Notes under the pieces: generated by a model | The model's input: the letters and a program-made list of their open reading frames with translations, nothing else | Told to the model about the DNA's origin: nothing | The model's database searches: none | Translations under genes and position numbers: made by a program | Virus record (IMG/VR): IMGVR_UViG_3300020716_000034 | Location: 1 to 27,730 of that record | Source of the DNA: a virus | Taxonomy: Duplodnaviria; Caudoviricetes | DNA: 27,730 nt | Direction: 5' to 3' (one strand) | Shown: piece after piece, positions 15,244 to 23,682 of the stretch | Position numbering within the stretch: the stretch's first letter is position 1 | How the letters are laid out: each line of letters begins with the position of its first letter

Positions 15244-15455
15244 CCAAGAAAAAACCACTTAATATAGAGTTTGTACCCGGCTGGGCTGACGAAATGGAGT
15301 TGACCCAAGATGAATATGATGCGCTGGTAGATGGCATAAAACAATTAGTAGCTACAGGAGAGATTTTTGAAAACGCAACCCCAATCGACGAGCTGGACGA
15401 AGAAGAGCAGCAGGAGATCCTCGAATCGCTCAATCGCAAAAACGTTCGCCACTAA
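15240..15455 (+). CDS. acidic hypothetical protein (71 aa)
   Basis: ATGA overlap; acidic core. Confidence 0.7.
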   Translation: MTKKKPLNIEFVPGWADEMELTQDEYDALVDGIKQLVATGEIFENATPIDELDEEEQQEILESLNRKNVRH

Positions 15456-16038
15456 GCGCCCGTACTATGTAGCAGACACCGGCCATTTTGGTATTCCAAT
15501 CAAAGTGTGCTTCTCGGATAGCGCATTCCAGCAGGCTGTCAAAGATTCTAAAATCACGACACGCCACAATGCTTTAGACGTGGGGCTTGCCGAGTCCCAT
15601 TTTATCGAGCAAGAGGGCACACAGAATGCCATGTTGGCCATTGTGTTTAACTACGAAGAGATGGCCAAAGAGACTGCACTCGAGCGCATGGGTGTGATTT
15701 ACCATGAAGTAAGCCACACTGTTACGCACGTATTCGAATTCATTGGTGAAGACGATGCAAAGATTGGCGATGAGTCACGCTCCTACCTCGGTGAACATAT
15801 TTTTAAACAGGTATTCAGTATTTACGCAACGGAGGAAGATAAGCGTGAGCGTTCTGGAAAAAGAGATAGAGAAGCATTTAAACAACTTGGTGAAAAAGTC
15901 AAAGGGACTAAGCTACAAGTGGATCAGCAGCGTGACCGGAGTCCCGGATCGGATAGTATTCATCAACCAAAAAGTGTTTTTCGTGGAACTGAAAACAGCG
16001 ACGGGGACTCTGAGCAAGAGACAAGAACTGGTTTTTGA
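15367..16038 (+). CDS. HEXXH-motif protein (putative metallopeptidase-like); start uncertain
   Basis: GVIYHEVSHTV with downstream DESRSY glutamate. Confidence 0.6.
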   Translation: MKTQPQSTSWTKKSSRRSSNRSIAKTFATKRPYYVADTGHFGIPIKVCFSDSAFQQAVKDSKITTRHNALDVGLAESHFIEQEGTQNAMLAIVFNYEEMAKETALERMGVIYHEVSHTVTHVFEFIGEDDAKIGDESRSYLGEHIFKQVFSIYATEEDKRERSGKRDREAFKQLGEKVKGTKLQVDQQRDRSPGSDSIHQPKSVFRGTENSDGDSEQETRTGF

Positions 16039-16120
16039 TGCCATCGGTGAGGCTGGTTTTCCAGTACATGTACTCCATTCCAAAGAAGACGTAGAGGATT
16101 TTATCAATGGCATTAAGTGA
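15845..16120 (+). CDS. VRR-NUC domain nuclease (Holliday junction resolvase-like)
   Basis: LEKEIE..GVPDRIVF..FFVELK..G.LS..Q; GTG start after GGAGG. Confidence 0.88.
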   Translation: MSVLEKEIEKHLNNLVKKSKGLSYKWISSVTGVPDRIVFINQKVFFVELKTATGTLSKRQELVFDAIGEAGFPVHVLHSKEDVEDFINGIK

Positions 16121-16472
16121 AAAAGAATGGCATATTGGAAGATACTTTGATGCGGCAAGAAGAAGAGCACGTTTAAAGGACATTCCGTTCAACCTCACTT
16201 TGGAATATTTAAGAAGTATTGAATCCGACTTTTGTCCTATCTTTCACACCCAGTTAGAATGGGGGCGTGCTAAAATGGGCCGAGGAAAAATGAAACCAAA
16301 TGGCGCGCAGTTAGACCGCATCATTCCAGAATTAGGATATGTGATTGGCAACGTGGCTTTTATATCTCACCGCGCTAATCGAATAAAAGACAACGGCACA
16401 ATGCAGGAACATTATGACATTGCCGATTGGATATGGAACCACATACATGCTAAAAAGAACACAACTACATAA
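16107..16472 (+). CDS. HNH/His-Me-finger-like endonuclease
   Basis: IPFNLT..CPIF..LDRIIPELGYVIGNVAFISHRANRIK. Confidence 0.75.
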   Translation: MALSEKEWHIGRYFDAARRRARLKDIPFNLTLEYLRSIESDFCPIFHTQLEWGRAKMGRGKMKPNGAQLDRIIPELGYVIGNVAFISHRANRIKDNGTMQEHYDIADWIWNHIHAKKNTTT

Positions 16473-17790
16473 CTACCAGCAAGCCATGATAGAAAATGCC
16501 AAGACGCACCCGCATCTTGGCTTATTTCTGGAAGTAGGCTTAGGTAAAACGGCAACCGCATTGACCATCATTGCGGAACAGTACAAAGGCAAAACGTTAA
16601 TTGTTGCGCCCAAAAAGGTAACAGAGACAGTGTGGCATAAAGAAGCTGCAAACTGGGAGCATTTATGCCATTTAAAAATATCGATAGTGCTCGGTTCTGA
16701 GAAACAGCGTATTGCTGCTTTGCAACAGGACGCTGACATCTATGTAATTAATCTTGAAAACTTAGTATGGCTAACCAGCCGCCCAGAAATGTTAGTGTTC
16801 ACTAACTTTGTTGTTGACGAAAGCCAAAAGTTTAAGGATACAAGCACCAAAAGATTTAAGGCAATTAAGAAGTTTCTTAAACAGTTTAAGCATAGACTTA
16901 TATTAACCGCTACGCCGTCACCACAGGGCCTACAAGACCTTTTTGGGCAGGTTGGTATACTGGACCTAGGAGAACGCCTTGGAAAGTCTTTAACGGCCTT
17001 TAGAGAAGCCTATATGATGCCGGATCAAATGAACCGACATACTCGAGTGGTATATTCTTGGAAACTAAGACCTGGAGTTGATACGATATTGAATCAAAAA
17101 ATATCGGATATCTGTTATTCTCTCAAAGCCGAGGACTATCTGACATTACCGCCTGTAACAAATATTATACACAAAATAGAATTGTCTAATAACGCAAGGA
17201 AGCAATATGACCAACTTAGAAAAGACATGGTGCTTGAAATGGCGGGGGAAACAATTACAGCCCCAACTGCAGCGACACTATCGAACAAATTATTGCAATT
17301 CACTTCGGGCGCAACATACACGCAGGGTGGAGAATGGGTCGAAACCCATAGCGATAAAATGGAATTCCTTGCTGAGATCATGGAGAGTAATGTATCGCCG
17401 ACCCTCATCTTTTACAACTACAAACATTCTTTGGAACGACTCAAGGCCGAGTTTCCTCAAGGTGTGGTGCTGGATGCTTCCAACATTGAGGCGTGGAAGT
17501 CTGGTGAAATTTCAATCCTATTCGCACACCCGAAATCCGCAGGCGCTGGGCTCAATCTTCAAAACAACTCAGGAAAGCTGGCCCAAATCGTATGGTTTGA
17601 CAGCACTTGGAGCAGTGAAGAATACACCCAAGGCAACGGGCGTATTCACCGTCAAGGCCAAACGTCTCCGGTTATCATTCATCAATTAGTAATGGAAAAC
17701 ACATTGGATGAACACGTAGTCAAAGTTCTAGAGGGCAAAATAAATTTGCAAGATGCCCTTTTAGATGCCCTAAATTTTGCATTAGTATAG
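16447..17790 (+). CDS. SNF2-family helicase
   Basis: LHNYQ, GLGKT, VVDESQKFK, LTATP, GAGLNLQ, QGNGRIHRQGQ. Confidence 0.92.
   Translation: MLKRTQLHNYQQAMIENAKTHPHLGLFLEVGLGKTATALTIIAEQYKGKTLIVAPKKVTETVWHKEAANWEHLCHLKISIVLGSEKQRIAALQQDADIYVINLENLVWLTSRPEMLVFTNFVVDESQKFKDTSTKRFKAIKKFLKQFKHRLILTATPSPQGLQDLFGQVGILDLGERLGKSLTAFREAYMMPDQMNRHTRVVYSWKLRPGVDTILNQKISDICYSLKAEDYLTLPPVTNIIHKIELSNNARKQYDQLRKDMVLEMAGETITAPTAATLSNKLLQFTSGATYTQGGEWVETHSDKMEFLAEIMESNVSPTLIFYNYKHSLERLKAEFPQGVVLDASNIEAWKSGEISILFAHPKSAGAGLNLQNNSGKLAQIVWFDSTWSSEEYTQGNGRIHRQGQTSPVIIHQLVMENTLDEHVVKVLEGKINLQDALLDALNFALV
17776..17787 (+). promoter_or_regulatory. putative phage promoter TTTGCATTAGTA inside helicase 3' end (leaderless ACP transcript)
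   Basis: TTTGCATTAGTAtagatATG; same core-to-ATG spacing as at 3410. Confidence 0.7.
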
Positions 17791-17792
17791 AT

Positions 17793-18083
17793 ATGGATAA
17801 AATTGAACTGATGAACGGCATCATCAAACTGGCTAGGCCAGCAATGCCGCAAGATTACAAACTGACTTCACTAGATACCCCATTATCTGATACGGGTATG
17901 GACAGCCTGGATTTTCTTATGGCCAGCATATATCTATCAGATGTGTATGGGGTATCGGAAGATGATCTCAAAGCTATGGTGATGACCCCAGAAAGCACAA
18001 TAAACGACCTATTTGCTTACATGGAAGCCCACGCAACCATCACGCCAACCAACGCACAAGAAGCATTAAAGGCACTGGGATGA
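17793..18083 (+). CDS. acyl carrier protein
   Basis: 96 aa, acidic, phosphopantetheine motif DTPLSDTGMDSLD, with ..TINDLFAY in helix IV position. Confidence 0.85.
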   Translation: MDKIELMNGIIKLARPAMPQDYKLTSLDTPLSDTGMDSLDFLMASIYLSDVYGVSEDDLKAMVMTPESTINDLFAYMEAHATITPTNAQEALKALG

Positions 18084-19189
18084 CCATTTATCTGTCAGAC
18101 TACCGCACTGCCAGTACGACCTACACAGAAATGTTGGAGGATGTGGATTACCCACAACGGGTGCATTGGTTCCCCGATACTTATGCCAAAGTAAAAACAG
18201 GCTTAACTTATGTGCCACACAAACTGGCTGATAAGGTTCTCGACCCCGCCTTATTGGCCAGCTTGCGCGAACGTTGCGGTAAAACCGCATTCATATTAGC
18301 TGCGGGTAATGCCCATTTTGCTGGCATCAACCCCAAAGATCCAGCGCCAAATCGTTTTGCATACGACTATCGGTTCTTAGCTCTGTCGCTTACTCAGGTA
18401 TATGCTGGACGGATAGCCCAGCTGTGTGGGGCTCAGGATATGGTAATTACAGATTCATCAGCCTGCGCGTCCAGTCTTAAAGTCATGATGGATGTGTATA
18501 GCCTAATTAACTTTTATAAGTTTGATCGCGTTGTAGTACTAGCCGTAGAAGACACTGTAAACAACACAGTGCTAAAATTCTTTGGCGAAACAAAAGCGTC
18601 TCTTACAAAAGACATTGAAGACACAGGCATTAAACCATCAGCTTTTGATGACCACAACTACGGATTTAATATAGGGCAAGGTGCGGCGTTTGCGGTATTT
18701 GAGAATGATTCTTATTGTCAAATGCCTGTGGCCCGTTTACTTGGAGCTTATGCTTCCAGTGAACAAAGCACCAACGCAATCGGGCAGCGAGAAGATGGTG
18801 AAGGGTTTGTTAAAGCAGCGGCGGGCGCCCTGCGGATGGCCAACATGTCACCACGAGACATTAGCATTGTAAAGACCCATGGCACCGGCACAAAGTCAAA
18901 CAATCAGTCGGAACGCAATGCTTTGTCAACACTGTTTGATTCGCCGTTTATTGCCACGTCTTATAAACAAGTAATTGGCCATACTATGGGCGCATCAGGT
19001 TTATTGGAAACCTGTTTGTTATTAGACAGTTTACGTTCTGGTCTAGTACCAGCAATCCCAAACAAAACAAAGCAAGATGACGTTTATTTGTCAAATGATT
19101 ATCCTGTTACAAAACCAGTAAAGATTTTGTCTCAAGCTGCAGGAATGGGAAATATTTATGCAGCAGCAATTTTTGATACTCAGTTATGA
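18080..19189 (+). CDS. beta-ketoacyl-ACP synthase (FabB/FabF-like ketosynthase)
   Basis: Cys-His-His triad intact: DSSACASS, VKTHGTGT, YKQVIGHTMGASG; also PSAFD..GFNIGQGAA and GMGN at the GFGG position. Confidence 0.9.
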   Translation: MTIYLSDYRTASTTYTEMLEDVDYPQRVHWFPDTYAKVKTGLTYVPHKLADKVLDPALLASLRERCGKTAFILAAGNAHFAGINPKDPAPNRFAYDYRFLALSLTQVYAGRIAQLCGAQDMVITDSSACASSLKVMMDVYSLINFYKFDRVVVLAVEDTVNNTVLKFFGETKASLTKDIEDTGIKPSAFDDHNYGFNIGQGAAFAVFENDSYCQMPVARLLGAYASSEQSTNAIGQREDGEGFVKAAAGALRMANMSPRDISIVKTHGTGTKSNNQSERNALSTLFDSPFIATSYKQVIGHTMGASGLLETCLLLDSLRSGLVPAIPNKTKQDDVYLSNDYPVTKPVKILSQAAGMGNIYAAAIFDTQL

Positions 19190-19503
19190 AGAAAACAATA
19201 AGAACAAAACACAGAATTAAAGCCAGTACGCCGCGCCTGTCAGACGAGGATCCGGATCCAATTGAGCAGGATGACATGGAAAGCATCTCAGCCCAGTTGA
19301 TTGAGGGATGGTTGCCATGGGATCCAGAAGACATTAATGATATCCGCAAGTTGATAGAAAACAACATGCCGCAAAAACAACAGTTTGTGCTTGAAGCGTT
19401 TTTAGACGGTTTAAATTATAATGATCTTCATGTAACTGAGAAGTATTGGCGGTATCATTTTGCTAAGGGCGTAGAGTTTATTAAAAAGGAACTGGGACTA
19501 TGA
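19186..19503 (+). CDS. hypothetical protein, sigma-70 region-4-like C-terminus
   Basis: DIRKLIENNMPQKQQFVLEAFLDGLNYNDL..YHFAKGVEFIKKEL resembles L..LP.RQR.V....GLSY.EI...R...A...LR..L, with a shortened HTH. Confidence 0.55.
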   Translation: MKKTIRTKHRIKASTPRLSDEDPDPIEQDDMESISAQLIEGWLPWDPEDINDIRKLIENNMPQKQQFVLEAFLDGLNYNDLHVTEKYWRYHFAKGVEFIKKELGL

Positions 19504-19691
19504 ATTTTATTATTGAACACAAAGTTAAAGGGCACTACGTCATGGAAACGTTACGTGGTGTAGAAGACATTGATACTTCCATGTACAAAGACATTATGGG
19601 TATTTGGGTTACTGACAGTGAAGAAGAAACACAGGTCATGGAAAAAGAATTAAAGGAGATGCGTCATGCACGATCCAGTGAATCAGCCTAG
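19500..19691 (+). CDS. hypothetical protein (63 aa)
   Basis: ATGA overlap. Confidence 0.7.
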   Translation: MNFIIEHKVKGHYVMETLRGVEDIDTSMYKDIMGIWVTDSEEETQVMEKELKEMRHARSSESA

Positions 19692-19899
19692 ACACTACAC
19701 AGAACATCCCTCTGGTATTGAGTGCATTCAAGTGACCGAGCACATGGGCTTTAACTTAGGCAATGCTGTTAAATATATCTGGCGTTGTGACTTAAAGAAA
19801 GATGCAGTAGAAGATTTGCGTAAAGCACAATGGTATATCGGTAGAGAGATAGCTAAGCGCATTAAGATTAACAAAGCAGATCCGGAGTGTGGAAAATGA
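19666..19899 (+). CDS. DUF3310 (T7 gp1.7-like nucleotide kinase family) protein
   Basis: DPVNQPRHY..GIECI..GFNLGNAVKYIWR..K..EDLRKAQWY. Confidence 0.88.
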   Translation: MHDPVNQPRHYTEHPSGIECIQVTEHMGFNLGNAVKYIWRCDLKKDAVEDLRKAQWYIGREIAKRIKINKADPECGK

Positions 19900-20102
19900 A
19901 CGCTTTTATTTTTGTATCTATTGTGTGCATTGGACAAAGCTGTAACTTTGTATCCAGTAACAAACCGGTAGATGAGCCAAAGTGTAAAGAGATGAAGGCG
20001 CAATTTCTAGCACTACCTTTTAGAAAAGAAACCACCCTGGCCGCCGCTCAGTGCATGGAGTGGGATGGTGAAAACAAAACAAACTGGAATATTAAATTAT
20101 GA
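19896..20102 (+). CDS. small Cys-containing, possibly exported protein (68 aa)
   Basis: Hydrophobic N-terminus FIFVSIVCIGQSC; 4 Cys. Confidence 0.6.
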   Translation: MNAFIFVSIVCIGQSCNFVSSNKPVDEPKCKEMKAQFLALPFRKETTLAAAQCMEWDGENKTNWNIKL

Positions 20103-20326
20103 TGATCGAAATTGACGACGATTTTACAGACGAAATTACTGCAGCCAACTTAGCTCAAAGCTACGTCAGCATTAAAGACATGATGAAAAACGGCACGCAT
20201 TGGCATGAAGATGACATAGTTGCTTGGGAAGAGTTACTTCCAGCAATAATGATAGTCGGTAGTTGGTATAGTATTGACTTTCCCAGTGAAATTAAAAAAG
20301 CTAAAAAAGCAGGTAAAAAGAAATGA
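20099..20326 (+). CDS. hypothetical protein (75 aa)
   Basis: Coupled ORF. Confidence 0.7.
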   Translation: MMIEIDDDFTDEITAANLAQSYVSIKDMMKNGTHWHEDDIVAWEELLPAIMIVGSWYSIDFPSEIKKAKKAGKKK

Positions 20327-20658
20327 AATTATTTTGTGAATATGACCGATTTGAACTAGAGCAAGACATCATCAAAGCATGGGGTGTTGTCGAGATGATT
20401 GAAGAGTTAGTTCGCCAACATCTAGATCGTCCGCAAGGCCCGTTTAAAGAAGACGAATTAGCAAATCGTTTAGATGGTATCAAATATGTCACTGATATGA
20501 ATTTTCAGCGCGTATGGGATGGATTTGAAATGATGCTAAAAAATGGTCACTTTGCCAAAACTCGGTTTGGTGACTCACCTGAAGTAGCAGTACCAAATAC
20601 AGATGATAATAAATTATTTGAAATTTTAACCAAAAAGAAAGGCAGTAAAAAGAAATGA
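20323..20658 (+). CDS. hypothetical protein (111 aa)
   Basis: DRFELEQDIIKAW motif typical of freshwater phage hypotheticals. Confidence 0.75.
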   Translation: MKLFCEYDRFELEQDIIKAWGVVEMIEELVRQHLDRPQGPFKEDELANRLDGIKYVTDMNFQRVWDGFEMMLKNGHFAKTRFGDSPEVAVPNTDDNKLFEILTKKKGSKKK

Positions 20659-20864
20659 CTGAACCAGTAAGCACACCGTTGGACGACAAGATTTTAAAAT
20701 TGGAATTTACGGTTAAAGAAATTAACTCTATTTTGAATCTATTGGGTAACCTCCCATTCGTTCAATCTGTTGGATTGATCAATGCCATCCAGGCACAATG
20801 CACTCCACAGTTTGATGCGTTGCAGGCAGAAGAGACTAAAAATGAATCTGAAGCAGCTGCTTAA
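20655..20864 (+). CDS. hypothetical protein (69 aa)
   Basis: LEFTVKEINSILNLLGNLPF..V.LI..IQ.Q, a common phage small-protein pattern. Confidence 0.75.
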   Translation: MTEPVSTPLDDKILKLEFTVKEINSILNLLGNLPFVQSVGLINAIQAQCTPQFDALQAEETKNESEAAA

Positions 20865-21072
20865 ACGAGCAGGTGTGAGCAGCGACATCATAGCTGAGGT
20901 TGAACGTAAGGCCAAAAGAACCACGGCCGAACAAGAGATCGAACATCAAGAAAAGGCTGCCGCAATGGCCAAAATGATGCTCAATGACATGATGCCACAC
21001 CTGCACTCAGCCTTGAACAAAACCCCTCCGCCCAAGCCCAAAAAGACCATTATCGTTCCTGACGATATGTAA
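20842..21072 (+). CDS. hypothetical protein (76 aa)
   Basis: ATG 20842 in frame with the track ORF. Confidence 0.7.
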   Translation: MNLKQLLKRAGVSSDIIAEVERKAKRTTAEQEIEHQEKAAAMAKMMLNDMMPHLHSALNKTPPPKPKKTIIVPDDM

Positions 21073-21103
21073 GGGCGGATTTACAGCGATCTTTGCATTA
21101 GTA
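21072..21103 (+). promoter_or_regulatory. putative phage promoter (AGGGCGG-N15-TGCATTAGTA)
   Basis: AGGGCGGatttacagcgatcttTGCATTAGTA; identical elements and spacing to the 681-712 site. Confidence 0.7.
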
Positions 21104-21251
21104 GATATAGGGCAAGCTGTGAAGCTCCCCTTGGGCTGGGGATACTCGGCTATCTACCATGGCTGTAAAGAAAGTCACAGGTTGCCAGTGCTTCCCTGCA
21201 TAGAAAAACTGGCATTTTTACACACATCACATTACACACAGGAGATTTATC

Positions 21252-21512
21252 ATGGTTTCACCATTTGAACTACGTTTTTCTATTTTTAACGCCGCTAAAG
21301 ACCTTATGATTAAGCAACATGAAGCCAACATGGCTGCATGGGAAGTGCTTAATAAGACAACAAAAGAGGCTGCAGAATTAGCACCATCTTTTCCAACAAC
21401 AGAAGAGATCATTGACAAGGCTATTGAAATCAATACCTTTATCAGCGGTCAGACAACAAAAGAACTAGCAAGCGTAGCTAAGAAGTTAGCTGGCGTTTCA
21501 GTAATATTCTAA
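21252..21512 (+). CDS. conserved phage hypothetical protein (86 aa)
   Basis: SPFELRFSIFNAAKDLM..FPTTEEIIDKAIEINTFIS; AGGAG RBS after an AC-rich leader. Confidence 0.8.
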   Translation: MVSPFELRFSIFNAAKDLMIKQHEANMAAWEVLNKTTKEAAELAPSFPTTEEIIDKAIEINTFISGQTTKELASVAKKLAGVSVIF

Positions 21513-21521
21513 GAGAGCATT

Positions 21522-21671
21522 ATGGCAACTAAACCCGGTTTGTACGCAAACATCCACGCTAAACAAGAACGCATTAAAGCTGGTTCTGGCGAGAAGATGC
21601 GCAAGCCGGGTGCCAAAGGCGCTCCTACAGCTAAAGCATTTAAACAATCAGCCAAGACCGCTAAGAAATAA
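21522..21671 (+). CDS. small basic conserved phage protein (49 aa)
   Basis: Manually read MATKPGLYANIHAKQERIKAGSGEKMRKPGAKGAPTAKAFKQSAKTAKK. Confidence 0.8.
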   Translation: MATKPGLYANIHAKQERIKAGSGEKMRKPGAKGAPTAKAFKQSAKTAKK

Positions 21672-21937
21672 TGGCAACCAAGAAAAAAGGCCCATCATTA
21701 GCTATTGGCCGTGGTGAAAAGCTGCCTGCATCTCAAGGTGCTGGGCTTACCGCCAAAGGTCGTGCCAAGTACAACCGCGAAACCGGTTCCAATTTAAAAG
21801 CGCCCCAACCAGAGGGTGGTCCTCGTAAAAAATCATTCTGCGCACGCATGTCTGGTATGCCAGGTCCTTTAAAAGACGAGAATGGCAAACCAACACGCAA
21901 AGCAGCATCTCTTAAAAGGTGGAAGTGTGGCAGCTAA
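21671..21937 (+). CDS. DUF6321-like basic protein
   Basis: GLTAKGRAKYNRETGSNLKAP..RKKSFCARM..LKRWKC. Confidence 0.75.
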   Translation: MATKKKGPSLAIGRGEKLPASQGAGLTAKGRAKYNRETGSNLKAPQPEGGPRKKSFCARMSGMPGPLKDENGKPTRKAASLKRWKCGS

Positions 21938-22322
21938 AAAAGCACCCCCAAACAAAAAGTATTTTACCCAAGAAATGGCAGATACCATTTTAGAAATGGG
22001 TAAACAAGGCGCGTCCCAAAAAGCCATGTATGCCGCTATTGGCATCAGCAAGGCCACTGCAGCACGCCTCAAAAAAGAAGATCCGTTTTTTGCGGAAACC
22101 CTTGATATGGCCACTGTCTATGGTCAGGCATATTGGGAGAACCTAATGCTTGCGAACATAGAAAATAAAGCGTTCAATTCTAGGGTTGCAGAAATTTGTT
22201 TGCGCGGCCAGTACCCAGAAGAATACCGCGAACGCATGGATATTAAACAGGATGTAAAACAAGAGATTACCGTGGATTTCAACAAAGAAATAGCGAGTTT
22301 GATTTCCGCCCTTAAATCCTAA
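21927..22322 (+). CDS. terminase small subunit-like HTH protein
   Basis: KY..EMADTILEMGKQGAS..AIGISKAT..FAETLD.A..GQAYWE; GTG start after AGGTGG. Confidence 0.6.
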   Translation: MAAKKAPPNKKYFTQEMADTILEMGKQGASQKAMYAAIGISKATAARLKKEDPFFAETLDMATVYGQAYWENLMLANIENKAFNSRVAEICLRGQYPEEYRERMDIKQDVKQEITVDFNKEIASLISALKS

Positions 22323-22345
22323 TTATTTATTTTTTACTTTTTTAC

Positions 22346-22375
22346 AAAAAGGGAGCTCAAAAGGCTCCCTTTTTT
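22346..22375. terminator. bidirectional-type intrinsic terminator
   Basis: AAAAAGGGAGC-tcaaaag-GCTCCCTTTTTT. Confidence 0.85.
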
Positions 22376-22384
22376 GCATTAGTA
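22373..22384 (+). promoter_or_regulatory. putative phage promoter TTTGCATTAGTA
   Basis: Overlaps the terminator U-tract, upstream of the DUF2800 gene. Confidence 0.7.
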
Positions 22385-22417
22385 GATGTAGGTAAAAATT
22401 CTTAAAAAGGTAAAAAT

Positions 22418-23542
22418 ATGACTGCTCACGCATTACTCTCGGCGTCCGGTTCAAAAAGATGGTTATCATGCACGCCTTCAGCTCGCCTTGAAAGCACCCT
22501 TCCCGATCAGAAACGCAAGCCCGGGGCTTTTGACTTCAGCCAAGAAGGAACAATGGCCCACACATTGGGCGAAATAAAATTAAGGCATTACTACAATCAG
22601 ATTGGAATTGAGGAGTTTGAACGTGAATACGAGATCATCAAAAACACGCCGTACTACAATGAAGACTTCGAAGCAAACGTCGACAATTACGTACTATATG
22701 TCCGTTCTCAAATCGGTGAGGGCGACACTCCGCTATTTGAGCAGCGAGTTGATTTTAGTGATTGGGTTCCCGACGGTTTTGGCACAGCGGATGTGGTCAT
22801 TCTTTCTGAGCATGCCATTCGAGTCATTGATCTCAAATTCGGTAAGGGTGTGCCAGTATCAGCACTCGACAATACACAGCTACGACTATATTCTCTTGGT
22901 GCATATTCAAAATTTAAAGAAGATTTTCCGAACATCAAAGAAGTTAGCTACACGATCCACCAGCCTCGCTTGGACAGCATATCAACTGACGGCACGACCA
23001 TCGCAAAACTGGTCGATTGGGCAAATTACTTCGTCAAACCCAAAGCCAAGAAAGCCTGGAGCGGTTCCGGAGAATTCCTTCCGGGTGAGTGGTGCCAGTT
23101 CTGTAAAGCAAAAGCACAATGCCGCGCCCGATCGGACTTCCAAACAGAACTCTCCAAATTAGAATTCCGCGACCCACCATTGCTCTCGGAAGATGAGATG
23201 TCAATGGTGTTAGGTAAAGCGCAGAACCTGCGCACATGGGTCAATGACGTCGAAGAGTATGCGCTCAACAAAGCAATCAGTGATAACGTAATTCCTCCAG
23301 GCTACAAGCTATCCACTAGCGTGACACATCGTCGCATCGCCGATCAAGGGTTAGCTGCTAGTGTGTTAAAAGAAAAAGGATTACCTGATGAAGCGATTTG
23401 GGAACCACGCAAACTCAAATCTCTAGCGTCATTAGAGAAGATGAACAAACAAGTGGCTGCATGGTTAGGTGATTTGGTAATGCGCCCAGAAGGCCAACCC
23501 AAATTAGTGAAAGCTAAAGACTTAAAGGCAGATTTTGAATGA
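22418..23542 (+). CDS. DUF2800 Cas4-like PD-(D/E)XK exonuclease
   Basis: HALLSASGSKRWLSC, EGTMAH, GFGTAD, VIDLKFGKG, QLRLY, CQFCKAKAQC. Confidence 0.9.
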   Translation: MTAHALLSASGSKRWLSCTPSARLESTLPDQKRKPGAFDFSQEGTMAHTLGEIKLRHYYNQIGIEEFEREYEIIKNTPYYNEDFEANVDNYVLYVRSQIGEGDTPLFEQRVDFSDWVPDGFGTADVVILSEHAIRVIDLKFGKGVPVSALDNTQLRLYSLGAYSKFKEDFPNIKEVSYTIHQPRLDSISTDGTTIAKLVDWANYFVKPKAKKAWSGSGEFLPGEWCQFCKAKAQCRARSDFQTELSKLEFRDPPLLSEDEMSMVLGKAQNLRTWVNDVEEYALNKAISDNVIPPGYKLSTSVTHRRIADQGLAASVLKEKGLPDEAIWEPRKLKSLASLEKMNKQVAAWLGDLVMRPEGQPKLVKAKDLKADFE

Positions 23543-23682
23543 ACGCAATTTTAATAGCTGGAGTCGGAGTGGTTTATTTTATAATTGCCATAGATTCGTT
23601 TAGGAAAGGGCAATTAGGTATAGGGATATCTTTTTTAGGATATTGTTTAGGAAACGTAGGTCTATATTTGGTAGCTAAATGA
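23539..23682 (+). CDS. small two-TM membrane protein (47 aa)
   Basis: Manually read MNAILIAGVGVVYFIIAID..GISFLGYCLGNVGLYLVAK; ATGA overlaps at both ends. Confidence 0.65.
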   Translation: MNAILIAGVGVVYFIIAIDSFRKGQLGIGISFLGYCLGNVGLYLVAK

